Source: a virus
Direction: 5' to 3' (one strand)
Virus record (IMG/VR): IMGVR_UViG_3300032897_000002
Location: 17,533 to 81,532 of that record
Length of the DNA stretch: 64,000 nucleotides
The notes below the pieces were generated by a model that was not told the DNA's origin, ran no database searches, and saw nothing but the letters and a program-made list of their open reading frames with translations. Position 1 is the stretch's first letter. Each line of letters opens with the position of its first letter. The position numbers were made by a program, and so were the translations under genes. This document shows positions 39,179 to 51,335 of this stretch, piece by piece.

Positions 39179-42100
39179 CCGCTCCTCCTACAGAGCGTGG
39201 GGCGGGGTAGGAGGCCCGCCCCGTGATCTCTCAGTACGGGAAGCTAACCCGAACCGGCCAACGGTGGACGCAGGCACGACCATTTTAGGAAGCCGAAGTT
39301 GGAATTGTCAACCGGATTTTCAAACCTCCCCCTGCACGCACGAGCACAATACCGGGCCTCCTTCCGCGTCCCATCCGATGACTGCGAGGCAGCCAAGCCC
39401 GACCATGTGGTAGGCCAGAAACTCATGGGGGCAGTAGGGGCAATCTCGGGGAAGAACAGCAGCCGGCGGGGTTGGCGGAGCCTGGGGCACGGGTCGGCGG
39501 AAATCGAGGGGTAGTTGGCGCATCAGAGCCAGGATACCAGCCGCACTACCGCCATAGCGATTTTGTAGATGCCGTACCACAGCAGCACACAGAGAGTGAT
39601 GGCGACCACGAAAACGATCACGCAGGATAGGTCCTCAGTGCGGGGTTTCATGGGGCTCCTTCAGCGCGGCAATGTGATCTCGCATTGCAGTAGAGTTCCA
39701 CGGGTTCATACCCGATTCTTCCGCCTCTTTCATAAACCACTCCGCTTCCTTCAGCCGTATCTCACGATCATGGTCCTCCAAGCCAGCTATGGCGACTTCA
39801 TAACCTACCCTGAAACTCTTGGTCTCGACCGCCAATGGACCATGGATTCGTTGAATAATTGAGAGTGCCATTTCTTGTGCCAATTCCTGATCCTTCGTCA
39901 TTTTCCCCTCTTCAACTCGGCAAGCGTTTTCTCCAGACATCGCGGGTCCGACGAGAGCATGATGCGCTCCAGTAGGGCGATCTGCAAGGCGCGATCATGC
40001 TCCTCCAGGGCGTCGGTGGGCGGGAGGGATCGGATAGCCTGAATTGCATCCCCGAACGTGACGTAGCAATCATCAACCGGAAGTCCTTCGCTACCCCTTT
40101 CAAGTTCCTTTATCGCTCCGCAGCATCTCTCCCTCTCCGTTGCGAGCATGGCGGGGAGGTCCGATAGGGCGGCTTCAACCGCTTTCCGCGCATAGTCTCG
40201 TGCTACATGGCCGACTGTAAACTGCGCGTTATCGGCGGCGCAATTCTCAGCGTCCCACTTATCAAACCACTGCGTTTGCTCGGGTGTCATTTAATCCTCC
40301 GAATTCTTATAATCATCCACGCGGCCCATACCCAGCACGCCAGCATGGCCACGGAAGCTAGGATTATAGGGGTCATGGCTTCCTCCTCTCGCACTCTGGT
40401 CAAATCAACTTAGCTGCGCTGGCCGGACTCCGCGTGGCATTTGCCGCGCCTTAGAATCCGCTCGTTGGAAGGCGGCTCATAGAGCCGTTCCGTGAAGCGT
40501 TCACGCCGCAGCGCAGCTAGCTTGACTTGCCCTCCTAATCCGGCCACTCAATTCTCCAGGTCTTGCCGCACACTTTGCATCTGTAATCATCGCAGCATCC
40601 ATCGCGACACCCACCGATACATTCCACGGTATCTGGATAGGAAACAACTCCCTGCTGGCTGATTGTCACCTTACCGCATTCATGTTCGTCGCTCACTTGC
40701 CCTCCTTGGCAGCTTTCCATGCTGCGAGTGCGGCTTCAAGGTCTGTCCATGCTCCCGTGTTAACGTTGCTTGCGATTACTCCCTCTACCGCATCCCCCAA
40801 CCTCTCCGCCGCCTCCAGGCGTGCGATAAGCGTGGAGCCGGGGTTCGCCAACCGCTTCCGAGCCTTGACGCAGTATTCAAGCCCGCACGTCTCGAATGGA
40901 CCCGCTGGATGGTTTTCGTAGTGCCACGCCCGGTCGGGTTTTTCGGCTTCTACCCGGAGCTCCGCTGCTGATGCCTGCTCCCGCTGTCGGGCCTCCTCCG
41001 CGTTCTCGGAACGCTGTCGCAGAATTTTCTTTTCATCGATGACCACAGCACAAGTAGTGCGGAGATGATCTCGCTCGCTTTCTACTTCCTGCCGGGCCTC
41101 GCGCTCGTGGGTGAGTTGGATTCTCAGTTCGTCCTCGCGTCGGCACCCGGCACAGTAGAACAGTAGTGACTTCGCGGTAGGCCGTGGCTCTTGTGACCAC
41201 TCCGCCTTGAGATGCCCGCACTCCATGCGCTCAAGTTGGGAGCGAAGATCAACTGTAGTTGCTTCCAAGAATACTTTAGGCTCGATCATTTTGCCCCTTT
41301 CGGCTTGCGGCCCTCTGGCAGTACCACGGCCTGTCCTGGGGATGGCCATGCAGCATCTTTATACTCAATCGCCAGTTCACTTGCTGAAACCGCCATATTG
41401 CTGGGATTTTCGAAGATCGCTATTCGATACCAAGTTTTTTCCCAAGCTGTTTCGTTGGCGTTCCTGAATCGAACCCACACGCACCATCGCTTACGCTTCA
41501 TTTCCCATCCTCTATCGGCCTGCCCCGCCAATCCACGGGAGGAATGCCACGCCGCTTCGCCGCCCAGCACAATAGGCCGTTATCTCCCTTATCTTTCCAC
41601 GTCTGGTAGACTTCCTCGAATAGTTCGTCTGGAATTAACTCCGTGTCGCTACCGGGATAGAATACGTCGTTGACCAGAACGTAAGGTTGGCCATTAAACC
41701 CGTAGTAGACCGGCGCATCTTCGGACAGCATCTCGCGCATCTTCAGCAGGCGGTCAATCAGAGCCGCCGCGTATAGATACGGGTGATCCTCGGGATTGTC
41801 GTCGGATCGCATCGCTCGCAGGAGACCGACAATTTGAGCATCCATCTCGGGGTTTAATCTCATCGCATCTCCCTCAACTGGTGAACCAGCCGATTCGCCA
41901 GCCTCCGAATGTCCCACCCGGCATACTGCGGGAATCGCTGCTCCCACTCCGCGCAACTCATCGGCCCGAACCAGTCACGGATGGCTTTCGCCGTCACTTC
42001 GCAGCGGCGCACGGCATCGGCCGGCGGGGTCTTGGCCAGCATTTGGCGTGATCTAATGACGGTCATTGTTCGCTCCGGTGGATATCGTACCACCTGTTTT

Positions 42101-42464
42101 CGCACTCCAGGGAGTGAAACAGGTAGATGCTTTCAGAGTCGGATTGCGAGGGCCGGTACAGTTGCCCGCAGCCAACGCAATTCGTTTCGCCGTCCTGATG
42201 GCGGTTGACCCAGACCACCAGTACGATCAGAAGAATTAGGACTGCCAACGTGATGCCGATTACGGATAGCATGGGGGCCTCCTAGTGCTTTCGCTTCCAA
42301 ATGTACGCCGCCAGCAGCAGCGGCCACAGCATAATGGCGCCGATGCGCTCGATTCCCTCATCCGGTTCTGACGGCCAGTCCGGGGCGCGGTCAAGGAAAT
42401 GCAGGACGATGATCCCCACCACAAGATAGTAGATGACCCCGAGACAGATGAGCACCATAACGCC

Positions 42465-43307
42465 TCAGATTCGGTCGCGGAGGTTCTGCAACCAATCCAA
42501 CATCGGCTTGAGGATTTTGAAATCGCCAATGGCGCCGTCGCTAATCACGTCATCAAGCTCCTGCTTGACCTGCTTGGTGGTAAGTCGGGCCGGTTTGTCG
42601 GAGGCCACGCGAATATCCGCTGGCTTGAGTTCGCCCCTCTCCGCTTTCTTAAGGGCCTCCGATTGATGCTCCTTGTCCAGCTTGGCAAGGTGCTGGGCTT
42701 GGCTCTCCGTCACCGTCCCATCTGCCAGCGCCTTTTCCACCGCCGGTCCCACCGTCAAAAGCGCCTGCCACTTCTTGATCTGACGAATGGCCTTCTTCAG
42801 TTCAGGGTGCTTCTCGTTGCCGTTGACGCGATTCGCGAGGTTCGGAAAGAGCCCGGAGTTCAGCGCAATCCATGCCTCATCCTTGCCGAAACGGATGAAT
42901 TGTTTGCAGGAATAGGCTAGGTCAAGTGGCCCCATGTCGGCCCGGTTGAAGTTCTCGGAGAGTGCCATCGCCAGCGCTTCGATGTCGTCCGCCTGGATGT
43001 AAATCACCCGGATTGCCATGGGCACAGGGGTCAGTTTGTTCTTGTTGATGTAACAGATGGCTTCCCACCTGCGCCGTCCGCAGATGATCGTGAAAAATCC
43101 CTTGGCATTTTTCCGGCACGTAATCGGCACCACTTGCCCTTTGATCGTCTTGCCATCGGGCTTGCTGAGCATGTCGGCCACAAGGTCATCAACCGGCTTG
43201 TGCTCATGCCGCACGTCCAGCAGCGGGTCCACGTACACATCAAGGGGGTTCATAACGTATTCGGACCGCCGCGTCATGTCAAACGAATGCTTGATTTCAA
43301 CCGCCAT
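42465..43307 (-). CDS. ParB/Srx-like protein
   Basis: GQVVPI...IICGRRRWEA...ALSENFNRADM.PLD.A. Confidence 0.85.
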   Translation of the reverse strand: MAVEIKHSFDMTRRSEYVMNPLDVYVDPLLDVRHEHKPVDDLVADMLSKPDGKTIKGQVVPITCRKNAKGFFTIICGRRRWEAICYINKNKLTPVPMAIRVIYIQADDIEALAMALSENFNRADMGPLDLAYSCKQFIRFGKDEAWIALNSGLFPNLANRVNGNEKHPELKKAIRQIKKWQALLTVGPAVEKALADGTVTESQAQHLAKLDKEHQSEALKKAERGELKPADIRVASDKPARLTTKQVKQELDDVISDGAIGDFKILKPMLDWLQNLRDRI

Positions 43308-43670
43308 TTTCTTTCTCCTTTCACCTCGCCCTGAATTTGAACTCGACTTCGAGATAGCGCAGGATAGCCATGAACCGCGCCTTGCCGTCCCGCAGGTCTG
43401 CGCCCCGCACTTCCCCAACCTTCAGAAATCCGTTTGGCCCGTCGCCATCTCGGGAGAGCAGCGCCCGCGATAACGCAATGCCGCGCCCTACTTGGCGGCT
43501 GAAGTGGTCCAGCGGCGAGCACCGCCCAATGCCGATGCGGAGATGCAGCTTGACAATCTCGACGCCCTGGTAGCACGCATGAGTCACCACCACCGCGAAA
43601 GTCCGGCGGTCGCGTATCGGCTGATTCAGCAGGTCTTTGTGGGCTTCGTGAAAGATGTAGACTTGGGGGG

Positions 43671-44945
43671 TCATCGGTTCACCTCGGGGAATTCTCGAAT
43701 TCTTAAATCCTCTGGCCATTCTTCGGGGTTCCCACCCTTATGGTCCTTGATGCGGAGAGGTATCTGCCCGCCGTTAATGTGCGTCCATGGGTGCGCCCCG
43801 AGTTGCTTCATAAAATATTTCACGCCAGCCGCCTTACACTGATCTCGCAGGCTTCGATACCACGCGAGATTCGAGGGCCGCGCATTCGGACCACTCTCGC
43901 CACCGGCGATAACCAAATTTAGATGAGGAACTTTTAGTTCGCCGCTGCCATCGCTAAAATCGTACCGGGAAAGTGCCGACCAAGTATGCTCGTTCTCAGG
44001 ATATGGCACATCGAAACTGATCGGGCCAATGAGCGGTTCCAAGCTGGCGAAGAGCACATTGTAAGGCCCCACAATCCAGCGCATGGATTCAAATCGCGTC
44101 ATCCGTTCATTGAAAGTCTTTTGATTTTCCGCGCTGAATCCGAACTGCACATTGGGAGGCAAGGCGTGCTTCGGGCGGCCACAAAGCCGCATCCAATCGG
44201 TGCTCTCTTCCGTCAGTCCCTTTTCGTCAAATTCATACTCTCTCTCGACACCTATTGCCTTCAGGCTCTCCCAGTCGTCAATGCTCTCAGCAATGGGGCA
44301 GCAGTAGTTGTGGCATTCGCCTTCCTCGTTATTTTTGGGATGAGAACATCGCCAATCGCCATGAGCGTAGCCGCATTGGTTGCGATAGAAAATATCATCC
44401 AAGTGAGCCTCGTAGCCCGGTCCCATCGGCACCCGCTCTTTTTCCGTCCATCCGAATGAACGTCTGGAAGCCCGTTTCTCGACGTATTTGCACATGCGCT
44501 CAACGCGCTTCGTGAGAATCTGAAAGGTGTGCTGGCAGCATTCCCACATGATGTCGAAAACTTTGTCGATCATCTCATCCGGCACAAACTCCCCGAACAG
44601 GTCCGTCTGTGAGCACACAAACACTTTGCGCGGCTTCTTCCAATGGCGGGGCTGAAGGAGAATCTTTTCGTCAAGGAAGATTTCAACGAGGTCGCGGGCT
44701 TGGCGATTGAACGGGAGGCCGGTTCCGTTGAAGGGAAGGCACCGACCGTTATTGGTTTCACTGTAGCAGTGTACGCATCCCGGCGAGACACGCTCGCAAT
44801 GCGGCCCCACTCTTCCGGGTTGGATGATGGGCAGGAGAGAGGTGTACCCTTTTTGCTTTGCGATCTCCCGCGCATCCTTGCGGACCTTGGCACGGAGGGG
44901 TGTCCATGAGGCATCCGTCCATTGGATTGAACTTTTTGCGCCCAT
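43671..44945 (-). CDS. Phage Gp37/Gp68 (DUF5131) family protein with an internal Cys-rich insertion
   Basis: SSIQWTD.SW.P, CERVSPGCVHCY, FVCSQTDLF, FQILTKR, SLEPLIG, GGESGP.ARP, FMKQLG. Confidence 0.9.
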   Translation of the reverse strand: MGAKSSIQWTDASWTPLRAKVRKDAREIAKQKGYTSLLPIIQPGRVGPHCERVSPGCVHCYSETNNGRCLPFNGTGLPFNRQARDLVEIFLDEKILLQPRHWKKPRKVFVCSQTDLFGEFVPDEMIDKVFDIMWECCQHTFQILTKRVERMCKYVEKRASRRSFGWTEKERVPMGPGYEAHLDDIFYRNQCGYAHGDWRCSHPKNNEEGECHNYCCPIAESIDDWESLKAIGVEREYEFDEKGLTEESTDWMRLCGRPKHALPPNVQFGFSAENQKTFNERMTRFESMRWIVGPYNVLFASLEPLIGPISFDVPYPENEHTWSALSRYDFSDGSGELKVPHLNLVIAGGESGPNARPSNLAWYRSLRDQCKAAGVKYFMKQLGAHPWTHINGGQIPLRIKDHKGGNPEEWPEDLRIREFPEVNR

Positions 44946-44993
44946 TAAGACCTCCGAGACGCATCCTAAGTGAGTTCGATAGGTTTTGTCAAG

Positions 44994-45224
44994 TTATTTC
45001 TTTCGCGGCCGTCCACCCAGCTTCCCATTGCGCCGGGACGCGGCTTGCTTGGCATCCGTGACGCAGGCCCCGATGCACGCGAAGCAGACGTGGTGGAGTT
45101 TGACCGTGGCAGCGTGTTGCGCATGGGACTTGGGATAAGGCGCTGGCACCCGGCACACCGGGCAGCGCTCGGTCTTGGCGACGTGATGCACCCGGCACGT
45201 TGGGGTGCGGTGGCGGTTCGACAT
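44994..45224 (-). CDS. Small Cys/His-rich protein with NGKLGGRP DNA-binding tail
   Basis: C-terminal ASRRNGKLGGRPRKK; leaderless start 7 nt after a -10 box. Confidence 0.65.
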   Translation of the reverse strand: MSNRHRTPTCRVHHVAKTERCPVCRVPAPYPKSHAQHAATVKLHHVCFACIGACVTDAKQAASRRNGKLGGRPRKK

Positions 45225-45262
45225 GCCCTGACGGTAGCAGCCGTTCGATGGGATGTCAACCG

Positions 45263-45436
45263 TTACGGATATTCCGCCTTGTTCGCCTGAAGGCCATACT
45301 TGGTCCGGTAGTGAACCACCGTAGAGGTCTCCGTCCCCAGTCGCGTGGCGATGACTTTATCGGTCAAGCCCTGCTTCCAGAGACGGAGAAATGCCTCACG
45401 GTCGAATCGGCTGCCTTTCAGGCGCGGGCGGTACAT
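45263..45436 (-). CDS. Small HTH protein
   Basis: Manual translation: ...LWKQGLTDKVIATRLGTETSTVVHYRTKYGL. Confidence 0.6.
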   Translation of the reverse strand: MYRPRLKGSRFDREAFLRLWKQGLTDKVIATRLGTETSTVVHYRTKYGLQANKAEYP

Positions 45437-46928
45437 CAGACTTCCTGCGGAACCACGGTATCGCCTGGCTTGCGTGTCTTGCGCGGCCGTGGCACTTCGG
45501 GTCCCCCTGGCTGGCGAGCTTTCAACTCGACGGCAGCTTGGGCCGCGATGTGCTTTAACTCGGCGTCCGGCGCGGTGCGCAGGTACGTGAGAATCTCTAA
45601 AAATGGGTCTTTCTTGGCTCTTGACATTGGTGGGTCTCCTTTCGATTTTACAACACTAGCTTTCCCCCGCCGCGAGCCAGTTCGATCTCGTAGCGGGACG
45701 ATGGAACACGACCGGCAGGTGGTATCGGGCGGGCAGGCTTCTGCTTCTTCGCAATGGGCTCCCGATGATCTCCCGGCAGATAGATGTCGGGTGGCAATTC
45801 GTTGGTCAGCTTGACGTGCGCCCCGAGAGCGAGCAATTCCTTGTCCTGAATCTGGCGGCGGTACATATCGACCAGCAGCCATAGGTAGCGGGCTTGTCTC
45901 TCTGTGAGCTTGTAGTCGGGGTCCTTGTCAACGCGCCAAGCGATATCGCGGCGAAAACGCTTCCCGGCTGAGGCCATTCGCATGGTGGCAGAGTAGAGAG
46001 CGGATAAGGCGCGTTGTTCAAGGGCGGTCATTTCTTTCGGAGAATTGAGATGAATTCGTCCTTTATGTCTTTGTTAGCAATCGCCCGCAAAGTCTCTTCG
46101 TGTTCGGCGTGTGTCATGGGTTCGCCAGACATAGCCTTGCAGAATCCGACGATGAGGTTCCCAATGTTCGGCTTATCGGTGTATTGCGGAGTACGAGTCC
46201 CTTGGCAGAAAGCAGCACAGGCACGAATGAATCCCGGCCCGCTGCATGGTGCCCGCCGTGCGAATTCATCCCATTCCTTCAAGTCAAGCGTCGTTAGATG
46301 CTCAACGAATAGGCGCATCCGCAGGAAATGAATGCCTCCGAAGGCACCACGTCCATCTTGGTAATAGTACCCGCAGTCGGAAACCATGCCAGCAGAATGG
46401 ATGATCTCTTCATGGAGCGCTAGAGACGGGCCAATGGGGTATCCTTCCCAAGCCTTATAGATGCAGATGCCATCGGGAATCGGTAGGCGCTCCCACTCGC
46501 CGTATTCCTTCCCTTGGTAAACCTTGCGGCCCGTTCCCTTAACACGCAACAGGACGGAATCGCGCAGGCTGGCGTAAAGGCCGTACTCGGTTCTAATCCT
46601 GTATCCTGTCAGCGCGAGGTGCTTCAGGAGTGGCTTGAACGCCTCTTGCCGCTTGATGTAGATGCCGATTTGAGGAATAAGGAAAGTCCCCGCGGGAAGA
46701 TTCGGAATGGTTTCGTCTTCAAGCCTAATCGTGCTCATCTCTTCACCTCGTAGAACCCCTGGTGTCCCTTCATACTGACGACGTACTCGCCCTTCTTTGA
46801 GGTTCGGTGCAGCAACCCTTTCTCGACCATGCGCTCAGCCATCTCGCCTTCCATGCCGACAAACTTGTAGTGCGGCTGCTGCTTGATGGTGCAGATCACG
46901 GACCATTCGTTGATGGTGAGTTCTTTAC

Positions 46929-47399
46929 TCATTCGGGCAGCTTCAGGTTCCAGAGTCCGAGCGAGCCAGTGACTTGGAATGGGGGTTCAAATATCCTCGT
47001 CACTGGACCAAGAAATAACCCGTATCGACCTTCCGTGTAATCTCCGAAGGCCCGCTCCATGTCGGTCAACGGCTTTGCCCCATTTAACACGGCAATCGTA
47101 TCTGGGTTGAGAATCCTTTCGGTCGGCACGCAATCTTCCAGTGATCGAATGCAGAGTAGTACGCCACGGGGCAAGTCCTTCGCACGGAGACCGCGCAACG
47201 TGGATTTGAACGGCTCCTCATCGCAAAGTTCCTGCGCCCATTTCGGGAAGCCTTTGGCCGCATGAATGCCCAGAGGCCCCCGATATGAAGTAGCCCAACT
47301 TCGCGTTTCGATGTCCTTCGCGGGTTGGATAGGTGTGCTGATGGCGCACAGCGTTGCCCATGGCTGCGTCAGACTGAGAACCTTGATGGGTTGGCTCAT
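46929..47399 (-). CDS. ASCH domain protein
   Basis: LSLTQPWATL...KDIETRSW.T.YRGPLGIHAAK...G.LGLW. Confidence 0.88.
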   Translation of the reverse strand: MSQPIKVLSLTQPWATLCAISTPIQPAKDIETRSWATSYRGPLGIHAAKGFPKWAQELCDEEPFKSTLRGLRAKDLPRGVLLCIRSLEDCVPTERILNPDTIAVLNGAKPLTDMERAFGDYTEGRYGLFLGPVTRIFEPPFQVTGSLGLWNLKLPE

Positions 47400-48767
47400 A
47401 TCGCCTCTGGCGTCTTTTTCGGCACAACCGCAGGCTCCGGTTCGGGCGGCCAAGGAATGACGGGGACGACAATCTTGTCCCGACCAGCCTTGGTAATCTG
47501 CGCTGCCAAGGCGGGGCAATCAGTGGCCTTGGCTTCCTGCAAAACTGTCCCTTTGTCGTCGCGGATCGTAATGTGCCCCTCTCGGATGCAGGCCCACCTG
47601 CCGTCCGACGTTTCAAGGCACGTTCCCCACGACTCCGGTGCGAGGTCGCCAAGCAAGCAATCGGTTCCGTTGGGTGTCGGCGTGCATCCAGGGGGTGGCG
47701 CTTTTTGAGTGATCTCCTCACACTGCATCGGGCGGTACTTGAGACAAAGCAAGCCTACCGCGCAAATCACCAAGGCACCCCCAATGGTGATGACGAAAAA
47801 AAGCACGTACCTCATGAGTTGTCTCCCTTCCTGACAATCACGCCATCGGGCGTCGGGATGAGGCGCTGGTCTTCCGCCGCCGCTCGGTCAATGTCGTGCC
47901 GTGCCGTCTGTGCGTCTATGGCGTCCGCCACGAACTTCACCAACTCCCGGCAGGTGTGGCCCAGAATGCTGTAGAAGGCCCCGGCGAGTAGGCTTGTCAG
48001 TACGGCTAGAACTATAAGCCAAACCTTGTCGGGGACGGGCAGCGTGAGAATCAGAATGGCAACTGCCGTGAGGCATCCCAAGGCCCAGATTGCGAAGTCA
48101 CGATCATCTCGAATCACATAGCCTCCTTTTCCGCAACCCAATCCGCCGTCCCCGGAGGAAACGGCGGGTGGTACAGACCCTCTAAATGTGTCCCCTCTTA
48201 ACATCGAACGCGGAGACAGCGGACTGGGCTGCGGCTACTGCTACTGCTATTTCATTCCAGCGTCAGTGGTTTGGGTTTGCCTTCGACCGCTACCTTTAGG
48301 TCCTTGTTCTCGGCCTCCAGCGCGTAAATCCTCGACATCAGTTCCCGCGTCGGGAAGTCAGACCGGAACACGTCATCGTAGCGGTGCCACTGCCGCGAGA
48401 AGTCCAATTCCATCGTGCGGAGGGAGTGAATCTGCTTCTCCAGAAGCTCCACGAGGCCCCGCAGCCGGGCATCCTTCTCCTTGTGCGTGTAGCCGTTGCC
48501 CACGGTTTCTAGGTATAGCACGATGGCCCGGAGGTCCACGATCACATCGTCGCGGAATGCCTTGGCCCCTGATAGGGCCTGTACGGCAACGGAATTGTAT
48601 TCCTGAAGGACGTGCTGTAGGCGCTCGGAAATATCGCCTCCGTATCGAATGGATTGCTTTTCCTCATGTTCGCGGAGGATACTACTCAGCTTTTCCATCA
48701 GTGGCGTCACCGGGTCGATGGGTGGCGTCGGGATTTTCTTTTTCATGCCTTTCCTCCATGGTCTTGA

Positions 48768-50342
48768 TTATTCCAGCGTCAGTTGCTTGGCCTCACCCTT
48801 GTAGTTGTCGGCCACAATCTCGCCATCCTCCAGCACGAATCCCACCTTCCCGGTTTCGTCCACTTCTTCCATGAGAATGGTGTACCCATGCTCGGAAGCC
48901 ATATCGCGGATGACTGCCTTGGTTTTCTTGTCCAGCAAGCTGCCGTCGCGGACGAGAATTGCCTTCAGCCCTGGGTTCTGGGCGATGCAGATGGCGATGG
49001 CAACGCGCCACTTTTCGGCGGTCCCAGCCTGGGCAAGTGGGTGACCGTTGAAAAGTACCTCACCCTTCCCGAATCCGAGGCCAGCTACGGGCATTTTGGC
49101 ATTGGCGATTGCCTTGCGCTTCTGTTCCTCGCGCCTTTCCATGGCCTTAGTCAGATTGTCCGACTCCGCCTTCTTGGTAGCCAGTTCAGCCGCCAGCTTG
49201 TCCCGAGACTGCTTCTGGCGCACCAGATCGTTGATTGTGGTGGCCTCCTGTACGCGCTGGCGGAACGCTGTGAGGTCAACGGGCTCTGGGAGGGGCGGAG
49301 CATCGGAAAGTCGCTTTTCGCACGCCACAGCGTCATTTTCGCGCAATTCGGCCATCTGGAGGCTCTCGATGGCGTCCTGGGGGGTGGGCACGGCGCCATT
49401 TTGGACCGTGGCGCTAAACTCTTCGGCGGAGGAGTCATGTCCAGCAGCCTCTTTGTCCGCTTCCGCGATCTTGCCTTGCAGGGTTGAAATCTGCCTCTTG
49501 AGGAACTCGATTTGCTCCTCATATCCAGCTTTCTTGTCCCGGCAGGCCCGCGCCAAGTCCCGCTGGTCCTTCGCCAGTTCGACGTACCGCTCTATCTCCC
49601 GCGCCTTCGCCTTCTCGGCGTCCTGGCGCAACCGCTTTGCCGCTTCGCGGAGCCCTTTGGCTCTGACTTTCTCCCCATCCCGCCGGCTTTGGCGCACAGT
49701 GATCTCGTTGTTGGCACGGGCCGCCGCCTCCATCTCCTGAGAAATGGCACTGATATCGAGTTCGCCTGCGGGGAGGTCATCGGGAAACACGGTTGCCGGG
49801 ATGCGGGCCTTGAGGGACTCGACTTGCTGATTGATGCCGTGGCGTATTTTGTAATCAGTCTCGTTTTGAACGTCCAGCGCATCCACGTCCACTTCCAAGG
49901 GTGCCAGCCGCTTCAGCATATCGAACTGCTCTGCCTTGTTGGCCTGAATAAAGTCCATCGGCCGGAAGGCAAGAATGCTGAGGAACTGGTCGATTACGGT
50001 TTGGGGACCGCCCGGAAGCTTCTTCTTGTTGGCATCAGTGACGGTAAGCCCGATGGTGCCCTTGTTATTGAAGGTGCGCGTCACTTCGAGGCAGACCTTA
50101 CCGCCAAGTTGCTCGCTGAAGGCGCCGTAGAGCAACCCCTTTTCGGCCCCCTCGCGCAGCGGCTCGGTTTCGGACTTGGGAAGCTCGGAGAACTTCAGGA
50201 GGGCAATGAGGGACTCGCAGGCCGATGACTTTCCGGCTCCGTTCCGACCGCTGATCTCGACAAGGTTGCCTTTCGGCTCGATGGAAATGGCGCGAATTTT
50301 TTTGTAGTTTTGCGAAACCAACTTGATAAGGTTGTAAGGCAT
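48768..50342 (-). CDS. SMC/Rad50-like AAA ATPase
   Basis: N-terminal GRNGAGKSS, a long coiled coil, and C-terminal ILVRDGSLLD. Confidence 0.85.
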   Translation of the reverse strand: MPYNLIKLVSQNYKKIRAISIEPKGNLVEISGRNGAGKSSACESLIALLKFSELPKSETEPLREGAEKGLLYGAFSEQLGGKVCLEVTRTFNNKGTIGLTVTDANKKKLPGGPQTVIDQFLSILAFRPMDFIQANKAEQFDMLKRLAPLEVDVDALDVQNETDYKIRHGINQQVESLKARIPATVFPDDLPAGELDISAISQEMEAAARANNEITVRQSRRDGEKVRAKGLREAAKRLRQDAEKAKAREIERYVELAKDQRDLARACRDKKAGYEEQIEFLKRQISTLQGKIAEADKEAAGHDSSAEEFSATVQNGAVPTPQDAIESLQMAELRENDAVACEKRLSDAPPLPEPVDLTAFRQRVQEATTINDLVRQKQSRDKLAAELATKKAESDNLTKAMERREEQKRKAIANAKMPVAGLGFGKGEVLFNGHPLAQAGTAEKWRVAIAICIAQNPGLKAILVRDGSLLDKKTKAVIRDMASEHGYTILMEEVDETGKVGFVLEDGEIVADNYKGEAKQLTLE

Positions 50343-50350
50343 GAACCCCC

Positions 50351-51325
50351 CTAAAGTTTTGAAATCTTAACCGTCCATGTGTCGGTTGCCTTCACCGTGT
50401 ATTCCTTCCGGTGCCCTGGCGTTCCGGTGATGAGAAACTGCCCGCAGAGCCCGGTTTCGATGTTGCGGAGTTGCGCCTTCACGATCTTGTCAATGGAATC
50501 GAATTCGCTGTGCGCTTCCTTCAATTCCTCCCGGCGCACTAGGGCGGCCTCAAGCTCGGGGTCGGCTAGTACCTTCGCCGCTTCGTGCTTCACATCGGGT
50601 TGACAGAGCCCACCAAACCAATCGCAATGCTTGCATACATCGGGATCGTCAATGAAGGGAGGAAGGGTCTTGGCCTCTTTGTGGTCAAGGGCTTTTTCGG
50701 CCAGGGAAAGGAATTCTTCGACTCTTTCCTTGTTCGGCTCCAACTCGACCGGAATGATGCGAGGGATGCCGGGGCGGTCAATTCCGAGGAAACCAATGGG
50801 CTCCTTCGCTCCCCAGAGGTAGGAGAGAATCTGATAGCCACCCTTGGTTGTCCAGGGCGACCGGAAAAGGTCGTCGAACGTCTCAATCTTGGCCGTAAGT
50901 AGGTGCGACCATGCCTTAAATTCGAAGGGAGCCGACAGCTTGCGTGAGAACTCCAAGCGGGCGTCAACCTTCCCGACGATGGCGACACGGCCCTTCTTAT
51001 CCAGCATTTCGAAGCGCTGCTGCTGGCCCACGACGCTAAACGATGGCACGCACCGCTGTCCTACCCGCGAAAGATAAATCAGCTTGTCACGTTCCACTTC
51101 CTTGCCGCGCTGGAACCGAGCCAGCACGTCGGCCGGAAAGGGAGGCCGTTCGGCTCCGTTGGTCATGTTATAGCACAAGGCGCGGGCGCACGGGCTGTAG
51201 CCGCTGGCATACACATACTCGGCATTGGTGCGCGTGCCCTGGTCGGACAGAAGCTCCTGTTTCCAGGCTTCTTCTATCGAACCCGAAAGGTCTACTGCAT
51301 TCGGAAGGGTTTCAGTTTCGCTCAA
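50351..51325 (-). CDS. Cas4-like PD-(D/E)xK exonuclease
   Basis: CAR near the N-terminus, GKVD...EFK, YQ...Y, and C-terminal CKHCDW...C. Confidence 0.78.
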   Translation of the reverse strand: MSETETLPNAVDLSGSIEEAWKQELLSDQGTRTNAEYVYASGYSPCARALCYNMTNGAERPPFPADVLARFQRGKEVERDKLIYLSRVGQRCVPSFSVVGQQQRFEMLDKKGRVAIVGKVDARLEFSRKLSAPFEFKAWSHLLTAKIETFDDLFRSPWTTKGGYQILSYLWGAKEPIGFLGIDRPGIPRIIPVELEPNKERVEEFLSLAEKALDHKEAKTLPPFIDDPDVCKHCDWFGGLCQPDVKHEAAKVLADPELEAALVRREELKEAHSEFDSIDKIVKAQLRNIETGLCGQFLITGTPGHRKEYTVKATDTWTVKISKL

Positions 51326-51335
51326 GGGAGTCTCC

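Noticed and set aside
50351-51325. CRISPR-associated cas4
   Set aside because: It is a solo Cas4-like exonuclease in a phage recombination module, with no cas1, cas2 or array.
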